NCBI GenBank assembly: GCA_013239625.1
Contig: MU054187.1
Span: 21,579,280-21,643,279 of the forward strand
DNA from: Lama guanicoe
Lineage: Eukaryota
Length of the DNA stretch: 64,000 nucleotides
Reading direction: 5' to 3'
Shown: positions 26,930-39,350 of the stretch, in pieces
Layout: each line of letters begins with the position of its first letter
How positions within the stretch are numbered: the stretch's first letter is position 1
Position numbers and translations under genes: made by a program
Notes under the pieces: generated by a model
Told to the model about the DNA's origin: nothing
What the model saw: the letters and a program-made list of their open reading frames with translations, nothing else
Databases searched by the model: none

Positions 26930-27320
26930 AAATCACCAGATGCAAGACATGTAAAGGACTTTTGCAGCCACCTATCCAAGTGTCTCATTTTATAGATGGA
27001 CAAGATGAGGCCTAAAAATTTAAGCAACATGTGCTTAATCACACAGCTTGAGACTAGAATTTAGAGTAGGGGAAAGGAAAAGAAAGAGAAATAGTTAATC
27101 GGTAGCTAGTAGTGTCAGAGGAGAGTGTGTAGTATGCGAGGAAACTGACTCAATGTACTGTTTTTAATCCTCACATCAATCGTGTAGGAAGAGTATTGAT
27201 TAATCTCATTTGCAGATACGGGAACAGAGGCTCAGGTCAGGTAAGTAATTTATCTGAGGCCACAGTGCAAATGAGTGGCAGAGCCAGGATCCAAAGTCTC
27301 AGTTCTTCCTACCACACCAA
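26930..27320 (-). mobile_element. Two MIR SINE fragments
   Basis: CTCATTTTATAGATGG...TGAGGCCT (26985-27015) and CTCATTTGCAGATACGGGAACAGAGGCTCAG...AAGTAATTTATCTGAGGCCACAG (27205-27265). Confidence 0.75.
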
Positions 27321-28610
27321 GCTGCGTCTCCTATCCTACGTACTTCTGTGTCCCCTACAATATGCATAGTGCACATGGTGGGACTACACTTTCTGTTCAT
27401 TTAAAAATAGACTTAGACAAAGCAGAATAATGGAGGGGACAACTGGGATTCCCTTTCTTCCTACTGTTGACATTGTGATAAAGACAGAGATAAACCAGAG
27501 CTCCTCTAATCAGTTCACAATAAAATGAGTAACAGCTAACTCACTGTGCCTTCTAGTTACAAAGTATTTTCATAATTCCAAGTTTAATTGGCCGTGAGGT
27601 CATTGGCACTATTATCATTTCCATTTTTAAAATAATGAAACCAAGACACAACAAAATATTTTTGAGAAACATCCTCCAAAGTCACAAAGGTAAGTAGGAA
27701 GCATAATAGAAACTTTAAAATGAGTTTTCTGGCTATACACTCAAGCTTCCAAGGAATCTAAATTCCTTAAAAATTCTAAGAGTATGTAAATAGAGAGTAG
27801 GGCCTTATTAATACTGGTCAATGAATATATATTTCTCCTTCAGAAAATGGCAGAGAATTATGACTCTTATTTATGACAATTGCTCCAATGCACTCAGAAA
27901 TTTACACTGTTAGTAACTGAGCTTGGGAAGGCTGGAGCACTAAGTAAATGGTGTCACAAGTGAGACAAAAGGCAGGCTGAGCAGCTCATTAATCACTGCT
28001 TTCCTCCTACTGATTACAGAAAAATAAGGAGCTCAGTGCTGCTAAAATGGGGCTACAGAATGTCTCTCACAGCAACACGTAGTCCCTGAATTTCCAGATA
28101 GAGCATCTTTGCATCATGATTGAAGTCAAATATGATTCTTTCAAAAGGTTTTCTTTTAAGTAATTTTATTGGTAAAACTATGGTAAACAACATAATAACA
28201 AAGAGATTGTGCTCCAAATTTCATGAATTATGTTTCTATGTCTGCGTTATTTTGACTTAGATGAAAGCAATCAAATAAAAAGATGAGTCACTTCCTCTAA
28301 TTATCTACGGCCCCACATCATTTAAACCAGCACCATTTCAAGTACCGATCAATGCTTCTTTCATAAATCCATATAAAAAACAAAAAAGGAAGAATGAAAT
28401 ATTGAAAAAATGTTGTCTTTGTCTTTTTACTGTGTAGTGGTAAAAGTTCTTATAGTGTAGGTGTGATAATAGAGTAACAAGGTTATGTGTCTATCTTTTT
28501 AAAATATCAGAACTTATATTTCCTAATAAGTGTTAGCCTTTCTCAAACCTTTTGGAAATAAAGTGGAATGTAAATGTGCAAATGAAAAGCAAATGGTGCT
28601 GTCAGCTCAC

Positions 28611-28723
28611 CACACACAGTCTTGTACCACTTCCATTGTTCCAGCTGCTTCTGTTCTCCCTTCAGGATTACTTTCAGTCTGCGGCACATCATTTAAATGA
28701 ACGTAATGATGGCAAGTGCACAT
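28611..28723 (-). CDS. Candidate alternative first coding exon (MCTCHHYVHLNDVPQTESNPEGRTEAAGTMEVVQDCV, or MEVVQDCV from the second ATG), phase-2 end
   Basis: Open frame from aggATG to donor TGTG|gtgagc; second in-frame ATG has strong Kozak context (acaATGG); repeat-free surroundings; protein not recognised. Confidence 0.4.
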
Positions 28724-28804
28724 CCTTTTGGCAGTCTTTTATTTTTGGAACAATAAAAAAAGTCATTTGTTTCCAAGCCTGGTAAGTTTGAGGAGTCTGT
28801 GGAG

Positions 28805-28814
28805 TTATATTTAG
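28805..28814 (-). promoter_or_regulatory. MEF2-consensus/TATA-like element
   Basis: CTAAATATAA on the minus strand fits YTAWWWWTAR, ~80 nt upstream of the candidate ATG; such motifs are common by chance in AT-rich DNA. Confidence 0.3.
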
Positions 28815-28919
28815 AAGTCTTTTCCTCACAATTAAAGAAATCTTAACTTGAGAGTTAAGAAAACTAAGTCATAAACAGAAAGCCAGTCTAGACCTGACAG
28901 GTATGGGTTTGTAAAATTC

Positions 28920-28923
<4 letters not shown>

Positions 28924-28970
<47 letters not shown>

Positions 28971-28997
28971 CTGTTAATCTTTCTCTCTCTCTCTCTC
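28924..28997. repeat. T43 homopolymer followed by a short (CT)n tract
   Basis: Direct read: T at 28924-28966, (TC)n at 28982-28997. Confidence 0.95.
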
Positions 28998-30154
28998 GTG
29001 GTTTTCTTTTTTCATTTTTTTTTCGGTCAGGTGAGAGTTGGTGGAGTGTGGAGGAGTGGGTGTATTTGCAGTATGTTCTTTCCATGGTCTTCTGTCCAAA
29101 GAGTAAAACCTGTTCAAACATATAGACATTTCATGTCTTGATTTCTATTGGGATTGTAAATTAAAGCACAAATATCATTCTCATTCACAATAATAACCTC
29201 TGAAAGAGAGGCACTAAATGGATTTTCTAGGACCAGTTGAAGAGTTTCTCAGTTAACATTTCCTAAATTGATGCACCTAAAAACAATACTACAATTTCCT
29301 GTGGATCTTCCCTGAGACAAGACTTGCAGTATTTTTAAGTAATTATTAAAAATGTGACAGCCTAGGCTGAGAAAAAAATAGTAACTCAATTTAAAATTTA
29401 ATTTCACTTAGAATTAAATCGCTTATTCATTACGATTAATCACAGTTGAATTATACTGGATATTAGACCTGTTATACAATAAACACACCATCCACGTGAA
29501 ACAGTCCTAATGAACGTAGACCTTTCTTTTTTTCTAAAAAAAAAAAGATATTATTTTGGCCTTTCTGTCTAAATGGAAAGTGTCTGGGGCCTGATATAAG
29601 ACTCTTTGTTTAACGTGAAGACTTTTCATTCCTTTAAAAACAAATGGCTGTATCATTGCCTCTCAGCTGAGACTACATCTGCTCAGCCTCTCTGTGATTG
29701 GCTTGTGGGAAGACAGCTCTAGGAAAGGTTCCGTTTATTCAACAGCATCACTCAAGGGACCAGAATGTTTAATAAGTTGAGATATAATTTCACAGAGAGT
29801 TGGGAAATGAGTGTAAGTACATATGTAAGTATATGAAAAAAATAAGATGTTAATATAACGTCTCTGCTTTTGATATACTTCCACCTGCTGAACAAAGTTT
29901 TCCTACTTGATGTTGCTTTAATTGAAATACTTTTGTGCACCTTGACTGAATTCTTTTTAGTTCACACAGAGTCCTCATTAAAAAACACAGAGGGGAAAAA
30001 CACCACCAAGTCATTATTCTGTGTCAGCAAGATGGCTACCAGACCATACCGTTATCACAGATTCTGTAAGGGACAAAATCAGGAGTATTAATTGTTTGCC
30101 ATTGTGTCAAACCAGTGTTGTTTGTGGTGGTGCTTTCTCCAGTCACTACAACTA

Positions 30155-30300
30155 AGAATAATAACAGCTACAGTTTTTCACTATGCATTGTGCCCTGTTC
30201 ATAGCGCTTAATACATATAAATACATTTACAACACCCCCTGAGGAAGGAACGACTGTGATTCTTAATTTACAGATGAAGAAATTGAGGTTCAAAAGAATG
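30155..30300 (-). mobile_element. MIR SINE fragment
   Basis: AATAATAACAGCTAC...ACAACACCCCCTGAGG...ATTTACAGATGAAGAAATTGAGGTTCA. Confidence 0.75.
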
Positions 30301-32608
30301 AGAAATTCTCATAAGGAAGATACTCTGTCAAAAAAAAAAATCTATGTATGTATGAATGAAACAAAGATGTTCAAGATAAACATCCCTCCAGATTAATTGG
30401 GCTCCAAGCCTTATGCTCATCTGAAATCTTGCCACAGACAAAAACAATACACTATTTCCAATCAAACTAACTTCAGTTTACACTGAGAGACAGTATTTAT
30501 ATACCACACATTGCAATGAATAATAATTTGAATGTACAAATACACATTAAACAAGTATAATGTTTAGAGGTTAAAAAAGATTACTTAAATGGGATTTTAA
30601 TTTGAATTTTGGGGAAAAAATCATTTTTGCTAGCAGGAATTGAATATATATATTTGTGGAAATCAATGAAGGGATCTCTGCTTGCCTTTTAATTAACTTA
30701 CAACTCAAAAATAAATCCTTCTGGGACTTGATTACCCTCATTTGTTGGAAGAACTGTTAAATGGTTTTGAGCGATTGCATGTAACTCATTACTCTATAAG
30801 ATTCAACAATCATTGAAATCTTAATATTAAGAATTATCCACTTAATGCGGTTAAAGCTGGTTTATGAGATTAAAGTTGCATTAATCGAGTGTTAAAAATT
30901 AACCCAAGTTATTGGCAATATTAAATGACAGGTTGTATTTGAGCATTATTAGGCTAGGTTTTATAGTTTTCTTAAAATGAATGTTCATTTTTTATTCAGA
31001 AATAGTAATATTGAGGTTATGTATAAATAATACACATAATAAACATAAAGCAATTAAGTAATAATTATAAATGGTAGATTATTAACTGATGCCTTTTGGA
31101 TAAAATTTTAACTTTCAATAAGAATTCATGAAGAAGAAGATCACTCAAAACTGAAATATTAAGAAAGGATTTCTAGCAGAAGGTGAGATGAACATGGCAG
31201 GAAGTTATGAAATAAACACCAGTGAGGAGAAAGAAATCCAGGTCAGAGAATCGCAACAGAAAAACCTGAAAGTAGTTTATGTATGTAGATACAGCTTTAA
31301 AATAGTGATGTTTTATGACTAAACGTTTTTCCTAATCTATAATTAGTCAGAAGTTTTGCTTTCAAACTGCATTAATTGGGTAGAACAATTGCATTGTTGT
31401 ATTAGTAACTCAATTTCACCTTAGACTTGGTCTAAGTAAAGAGCGTGCTTATTATTTCTACCTTGTGTTTTGCGGTTACCATGCCTTTCACTAAGGTCTC
31501 CAGTTCTTTTTCAGTTAGACAATTTTAGAGTTTTAGGCATAAAGTTCAAATTTGTTTTGGTTTTTGAGGAGAAACAAGGGAAATATTTTTTAATATTCAT
31601 GTTATTTCTAGATTCTTTATGAAACGAAACGTAATCTTTCAGTAAGTAACTATAATTGTTTTTTTTTCTTGTTTTTTTTTAGGGAAAATATCTTTGCATA
31701 CAGAAGATAATTTTGCAAAAACAGAGACGTGATGAGTAGGCACAGAATGATCTGCAAAGTAAAATTTTTTTTTTTTTTACTATTTAGATAAATTAGTTTC
31801 AAGTGAAACAGATTTTTCCCCCTTTAAAGCCATTAATCATAGGGAAAGAAGTGTAGGAACAGAACAAAGAAAGGTGTTATAGATTAATTTCTGTATTCCA
31901 GGAAGCTACAGGGAAATTCAAAGTGTGAAATCACAACATCAGGCCTTTTCACATGTGCCTTAATTTCAAAAATTTCTTTGGAATCTTTAGAAACTTCATT
32001 GTCATTGATTAATTGAATTTCAGAGTTAAAGGGACTATGTTTTATAGACTTCCTTTTACGTACAACTTAAACCATAGTTCTGTTCAGCACACGTTCACAA
32101 ATACAAGCAGCAAATAATTGAAAATCTGCCTTCCTTTCTTCTAAATTCTCATCAGTGCCCTCCCTCTCTAAGCCAGAGTTTGACTTTCTCCAATTTCCAC
32201 ACACGATCCTTAGCTGGGGGGCCAGTCAGTGTGACTCCGGCTTGTGCATGAACTAGAAGGGGCTTCTTTTCTCACCAGACAGAATGCCTGTTGGTGAAGG
32301 CATGGCAAGGAGAGGCAAGGTAGAGCAGTGATGGAGGATGCACAGAATGAAATCAGGCTGGGAAGAGAGACGCGTGAAGCCCAGGAGTGTCCCCAGTTTG
32401 CTAATTTACTAGATATCTTAACCATGTAGCCTTTCAACAAGAGCAAAGCAAAAGAGCTTATTCATTCGAGAAGACACTGTGTCTGTGCCTGTATGTATCT
32501 TCTTAACATATACACATATATAACAGTATAAATATGTATATCTTCCTGTGACATATACTATATAGACATATAGACATATATAACTCTTTGTGTATATTTA
32601 CATATATA

Positions 32609-33431
32609 TAGTGGCCCTTCCTTATTCGTGGTTTCACTTTCTACAGTTTCAGTTACCCGCAGTTAACCATGGTCTGAAAATATTACACAGAAAATTCCAG
32701 ATATAAACAATTCATACATTTTAAATTGCATACTCTTCTGAGTAGCATGATGGAATCTCATGCCATCCCACTTGGTCCAGTCCAGGATGTGAATTATCAC
32801 TTTGTCCAGCGTATTCCATCCATTAGTCACTTAGTAGCTATCTTGATTATTAGGTCTACTGTCACAGTAGCATAGTGTTTGTGTTAAGTAACCCTCATTT
32901 TACCTAATAATGGCCTCGAAGAGCAAAACGGTTATGCCAAAAAGAAGCCATAAATTTCCTTCTGTAAGTGAACAGGTGAAATTTCCTCACTTAATAAGGA
33001 AAAAAAATTATATAGTAAGGTTGCTATGTTCTATAGCAAGAATGAATCATCTACTCATGAAATTGTGATAAAGGAAAAAGAAAATCGTGCTAGTCTTGCT
33101 GTCACACATCAAACCGTAAAAGCTATGGCCACAGTGTGTGGTAGGGCTTAGTTAAGATGGAAAAGGCATTAAGTTTGTACAATAACATTTTGAGAGAGGG
33201 AGAGAGACCATGTTCACATAACTTTTATTCCAGTATATTGTCATAATTGTTCTATTTTATTATTGTTGTTGTTAATCTGTTACTGTGCCTAATTTATAAA
33301 TTAAACTTCATCATAGATATATACACATAGGAAAACAAACCCAGTATATATAGGGTTTGGTACCATTTGCAGTCTCAGGCATCCACTGGGGGTTTTGGAA
33401 CATATCTACTGTGGATCAGAGGAGACTACTG
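32609..33431 (+). mobile_element. MER44/Tigger7-derived Tc-mariner DNA transposon, both ends present
   Basis: Left end TAGTGGCCCTTCCTTATTCGTGG and right end CTGTGGATCAGAGGAGACTACTG are degenerate TIRs; TA on both sides (32607-08, 33432-33); MER44-like internal sequence. Confidence 0.88.
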
Positions 33432-34729
33432 TACATATATATATAGTTACCTTTATTATTCCCAAAATAGAACATGGACTTATAAAATCTATAAATTATT
33501 TCTCCTTGAATATCTTTTTTGAGATAAACTTAAAAACTATATTTGAGTACACCAATTTCTCCAACAACAACAACAAAAAACAACAAAGAAAATACTAATA
33601 GCAGAGGTTTTAAAAAATCCTTACTATAGAATTATCTCTTACAGAGATACAGAATTTCATCACTGTTCGGGAGAGCTTACCATGTGATTTAAAACCCTTC
33701 TAGAAGTCTAAACACTGACTGCAGAGAAGCATGACAATGAACTAATTTTTTTTCAAAATTGTAAAATACTAGTTTTCTGCTGTTATATACTTTGGATAGT
33801 AAAAAAATGCAACATCTGAATTTGTATTCCAACTGAACTGATGCATGCAAATATTTAGCAATATTGACCTAAAATATTTAATTTCCCCCACAATTAAACT
33901 TTGTTTTAATGTCCTCAAAATTTTGAGAAAATAGCTCTCAGAGATGCATATGATATGTATGTTTTTAAATAGTCTAGAAAATAAAAAAACCAAAAGAATG
34001 AATAAATAAAACAAGAATGGCAAAATGTTGATAATTATTGCATCTGGGTTGATGAGTGCATTGGGGTTTATTATGTGATTCTCTCTGATTTTATGTGCTT
34101 GAAAATCCTTAAAGCAACTTTTACAAATCTGCTACAGCTTTTTTACTAAGTTGTTTCCATTTAAAAATACATATTTCAGAAACTAACCACCACCACAAAG
34201 CAAATGATACACAAATATTTTTCCTTCTAATTTTTACAGTATGCTATCATTGTCCATCTGTATCATACTACTAAACTTAAATTGTGATTTGAGATAAACA
34301 TTTCTGAGGTCATTCTTCTGATTTAGATTGGATTGGCTGAAGATCTGGGAAGAGCATCTCCTGCAGTCTCCTGCAGCCCTCCTGACATTATCTTGAAGAG
34401 ACACACAATATGAAACTTACACAAAAATGTCTCAACATCAGAACCATGATCTAGTTTCAAAAATTTGAGTTCTTCTTCCAGCTTCTTACCAAGATGGCCA
34501 AGAAAACTTTTAAGCAATCAAAACACCAGTACAGAGCCAGCTTTGCTTTGGCTTGGATGGTTCAGGATGATGACTTATGCAGTGAAGTAAGCCACTGCTG
34601 TCGGTGGGCCATCTTGCTGTCACGAGCCACTTTGCAGACGCAGTCTCAGTGGTGAAGCCCATACGGCCTCCAGGGGAACTGACTACTCTTAAACCACCAT
34701 GGTATTATTTAGTAGACTTCAATTCAGTT

Positions 34730-35318
34730 TGTTAGGCAGTTAGATAGAAATGAGCACCAGGTAAGGGGAGAGGAAGGGGAGGGAGCAACCCCAAATATAA
34801 TAGCACACCCACACTCAGGATAAGGGGCTCCCAAAACTTTCTCTAAATGAAAGCCAGCAAAGAAGCCAGCTAGAAATGAACACTGCGGCTGCACAGGAGA
34901 GAAGAACCAGGCTTAACTTGACCCAGTGCTCATTGTAATGTAATTAACATTACTGTTTGAGCCCCCTCCCCTTGGTGTCTCTGTGTGCTTCATGGGTAAA
35001 AACATGTGTAAAAGAGATGGGCATGCCTGAGCACTAGGAACGTGAGCTGTCAGTCAGCCTGAGCACTCAAAGAATGGAAGCCGTCATGAAAACGCCCCCT
35101 AAGCCAGGATATAAGAGCAGGAGAAACAAAGGAGCAGCACCATTTTTCCTCTCTTGGATCGGCTCAACCCCAATTCTCAGGGGTACGCTGTGTTTTACTG
35201 CGTTTTACTTCACTAATAAAATCTTGTTTATGTCACATTTTCTGTCTCTCGTTAAAAACTCATTTTTTTCAGGTGACCAACAACTGAGGTAAATTTTAGT
35301 CCCATATTCCCGGTGACA
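34730..35318 (+). mobile_element. ERV1-type solo LTR
   Basis: Starts TGTTAGGCAGTTAGATAG, ends GGTGACA; TATA-like GGATATAAGAG near 35107; AATAAA at 35215-35220; no clean TSD. Confidence 0.75.
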
Positions 35319-35368
35319 GGGTGAGCTTTTGACTGGACCAAAGGTCAGCACGATGTTAATTATTTTTT

Positions 35369-36242
35369 TCTTTTTTTTTAACATTTTTATTGATTTATAA
35401 TCATTTTACAATATTGTGTCAAATTCCAGTGTTCAGCACAATTTTTCAGTCATTCATGGACTTATACACACTCATTGTCACATTTTTTTCTCTGTGATTT
35501 ATCATAACATTTTGTGTATATTTCCCTGTGCTATACAGTGTAATCTTGTTTATCTATTCTACAATTTTGAAATCCCAGTTTATCCCTTCCCACCCTCTAC
35601 CCCCCTGGTAACCACAAGTCTGTATTCTCTGTCCATGAGTCTATTTCTGTCCTGTATTTATGCTTTGTTTTTGTTTGTTTGTTTTTGTTTTTTAGATTCC
35701 ACATATGAGCGATCTCATATGGTATTTTTCTTTCTCTTTCTGGCTTACTTCACTTAGAATGACATTCTCTAGGAGCATCCGTGTTGCTGCAAATGGCGTT
35801 ATGTTGTCGGTTTTTATGGCTGAGTAGTATTCCATTGTATAAATATACCACCTCTTCTTTTCCCAGTCACCTGTTGATGGACATTTAGGCTGTTTCCATG
35901 TTTTGGCTATTGTAAATAGTGCTGCTATGAACATTGGAGTGCAGGTGTCATCCTGAAGTAGATTTCCTTCTGGATACAAGCCCAGGAGTGGGATTCCTGG
36001 GTCATATGGTAAGTCTATTCCTAGTCTTTTGAGGAATCTCCACACTGTTTTCCATAGTGGCTGCACCAAACTGCATTCCCACCAGCAGTGTAGGAGGGTT
36101 CCCCTTTCTCCACAGCCTCTCCAGCATTTGTCATTTGTGGATTTTTGAATGACGGCCATTCTGACTGGTGTGAGGTGATACCTCATTGTAGTTTTTATTT
36201 GCATTTCTCTGATAATTAGTGATATTGAGCATTTTTTCATGT
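35369..36242 (-). mobile_element. Young 5'-truncated LINE-1 with uninterrupted ORF2 C-terminus
   Basis: 182-aa ORF 35692-36240 with the L1 CCHC motif [18 protein letters not shown]; perfect TSD AGCACGATGTTAATTATTTTTT (35347-35368, 36243-36264). Confidence 0.96.
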
Positions 36243-36257
36243 AGCACGATGTTAATT

Positions 36258-36322
36258 ATTTTTTAATTGATGTATGGTCGATTTACAATATTGTGTTATT
36301 TTCTGGTGTACAGCATAGTGAT

Positions 36323-36378
<56 letters not shown>

Positions 36379-36405
36379 ATAATCCCTTTTGCTATTCTTT
36401 TTCGT
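36258..36405 (-). mobile_element. Older short LINE-1 3' tail
   Basis: TTTTTTAATTGATGTATGGTCGATTTACAATATTGTGTT...GGTGTACAGCATAGTGAT. Confidence 0.7.
36323..36374. repeat. (ATAG)13 microsatellite
   Basis: Direct read, perfect repeat. Confidence 0.95.
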
Positions 36406-37979
36406 TATTAATCTTAGAACACTAGTCTCCATAAAGTCCATGGGAATGACTTATTCCAAATTTAAAGATATTCTGGAAGAACAGATAGTAGATTTTGTAA
36501 GTTGACTAAGTTAGTGACATGATGTAATCCAGAACTCATCTCATGAGTGGCCTATCAGAACTTGGCTCCAGCATTTTGTCACAATTTGAAAAGAAAATTG
36601 GCCTAAATGGTACCTGTGTACATTGTAGTCAGCTTTTTAAATGTAATTGCTGACTCCTTTGACAATTTCCTCATATCTCGTCAGCTCCAGAGTGGCTTGG
36701 TGGAATATATTTGCTAATGGCAACTGTCATTGTTGTAAAATGTGTAAAGTACAACAATATTCCTTGAAGTACCAGCCATAAATGCAACAAAAATGAAGTT
36801 ATCTGTAATCAGACTTAATAATAATTCTCTATGTCCCAGGGCTCACATAGTTTTTGCAGGTCTCCAGTCTCCACAGGGAGATGTTAATGGTGATACCATA
36901 TTCACAGCCATTTCCTCAAGACTAAAGTATGCATATGAGGAAGAAATTTTCTGTCTCAGCAGCCTCCTCTCAGACTTCTTGACAATTTATTTCTTGATTC
37001 TACCCATCTCTTTTTCCAGTCCCCAAACCCCTAATACACCTATTTTAATACACAGAGTTTTTATGTGGACTTTTGAATGTTTGCATGAAATTATCACAGT
37101 CAGTCTTTGTCTTATTCACACAAAACATGGGGTATGGATCCAGGAAGACAACAGTACTATTTCATTCTGTAGTTTACCAACATTTCTTCAAGCATTGTCC
37201 TTGGTTTGGAGCCACCGACTTAGGATGAACATTTTTTAAATGAAGGTTCTACTGTGAAAACCCATCTGAATGGCAAAATGACCCAGAATCATGTCACATA
37301 AGGAACAACTGAAGAAATCAGGGCCAGAGGGGAAAAAAAAAGATTTTGGCTGTCATTTGGATAAGGAAAGAAAAGGGAGTTAATGGGATGGAAATTACAC
37401 GCTTAGATTTTGACTCAATTGAAAGAAAGAACTAGCTAGTGTCCTTAAAATGAAATGTGATGCCCCGGGAGGCAGAGCAAATTCCATCACTGGACGTGTT
37501 TAAGGGAAAATGAGACGAGCATCTGTCGGGAAAGCCTTGAGCTATTTGTACAACGTCTAGGGTCTCTTTCAGTTGCAAAAGTTTCTGATTCTTTCACCCA
37601 TTCTGGAATTAGCAAACAGAGCTTTCCACTGCAAACACGACTGGCCACGGGCTTCTTTCACAACAGCAGTAGGGAAGCATCGCTTCTTCTCCAAACGTCG
37701 GTGTCCCCCAAGCATTAAAACTGATGCTGTAACTCCTTAAATGTGGGTTTTGCTCAACTCTTCTTTGTTAAAATAAAAAACATTTTTAATTGGAAGTAGT
37801 TGGGTGCTTATTATTTTCACATATTAAGAGCTCTTCAATACAGTATGTTTACAACACATCATATGCAGCACTCATACACTTCATATGTATGAGCTCCTGG
37901 GTGTACATTTAATCCCAAGGGGGGGAAAGGGTTAATTTTAGAATGTGCCAGTGTTCCTTTAGGCTGTTGTTAACAGCAC

Positions 37980-38230
37980 TGATGTGGAGCATGAGGATTA
38001 AGGACACCACCTTTGACACTGAACTGAAATGGGTTCTTGTTCAAGCTGTGCCACTGACTCTGCTCGTGCACCTCTGCCACCTAACCTTCCTAAGTGACCT
38101 TCTTCTGTGAAACATGGATACTATCACGACTTACCTGGTGTTACAGTTGTAAATGAAATAAGACAATGCACACAAAGCGCCTAAAATACTCTCTGATGCG
38201 TAGCAGTCATTCAGTAAACATTAGTTTCTA
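37980..38230 (+). mobile_element. MIR SINE, near full length
   Basis: GTGGAGCATGAGGATTAAG...CTGTGCCACTGACT...CTGTGAAACATGG...AAATGAAATAAG...AAAGCGCCTA...CATTCAGTAAACATTAG. Confidence 0.7.
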
Positions 38231-39350
38231 TTACTGCTGCTGCTCAAGTTTAACCCAAGAACACGAAGTAAGTTTTTACATTTTAAAAATCTCCAAAAGC
38301 ATAACTGAGGAGTCCTGATATTCCAGTACTCACCTGGGTAGCAGTTCTCACAAATTAGAACATTTTCATTTTTGGTTCATCTATATTTTCAATTTTATAA
38401 CAGATTTTTTTGGTCAATGTAATAAAGAACCAATTTTTCAATGGGAAAAATTTCCAAAATTAGTATCGTAGATGGATTTACACTTGATATCATCCTAATA
38501 AATCTGAAGTAGCACATTATGCTTAGTACCTCTGTGTGACCTCAAAGTTATGCTTGCCCTTAACATATGCTGTTACACAGTAATTTGCAGTATTTGTCAA
38601 AGTATAATTGCCTTACAATCATGAATATCCATTACACTAACAAATATTAATAAGGTTATTAATTATTTAAAGAACAATTATTTTATTAAGCTAAAATTAT
38701 TTGCCCAAATTTTCTGTGCAGTACATTTGAACAGAAATGAGATTAATCAGCTTCTTAAAAAAGTTTTCATGGCCACAGTCTTACTTAATGAATTTATGTT
38801 CAAAGGTAGAACAGAAAAAGTTTAAAACAGATATATTATTCTGACTTTAGCAGAAATATTTTTCAAAGAATTGTGTAAAGTTTGAAGAATTAACAGTTTT
38901 TCACCAAACATTAAAATTCTATATTGATATAATTCATTGCATTTGTATATATATTATATTATGTAAAGTTTTATATGTTATATGTGTATATATCTTCCAT
39001 CAGTATATCAATTATTCCCATAATGCAGAGGCAACCTCTATTAATAGTTTAGTATCTGCTTTTTCAGCCCTCTCTTTTTCTCTCTGCCATCTTGGTATAG
39101 TGTATAAAGATTTTGTTTCAGTTTGTTACACTTACTCTCTAGAAGAGCTCATTTTAAGAATATACATATAGCCCCCAAATTCAGCATATTTTATGAACTC
39201 AGGCTTTCTTCTAAAATGGTAGGATAGAGGAAACAGAGAGGCTATGTTACACTCCATTAAGTGATAACATCCTGATCCTACAAATTAATTGATTAATTTG
39301 CCAGTCTTCATATTATTATAGTAAATAGGTAGAGTATAAAGTCATGACTA

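Noticed and set aside
28918..29121. Poly-Lys/RE-repeat ORF
   Set aside because: Simply the translation of the T43 and (CT)n tracts
35692..36240. 182-aa ORF as a host gene
   Set aside because: It is the LINE-1 ORF2 C-terminus inside a TSD-flanked insertion
38328..38400. Perfect minus-strand donor CAG|GTGAGT at 38334
   Set aside because: No convincing acceptor or ATG-initiated open frame upstream
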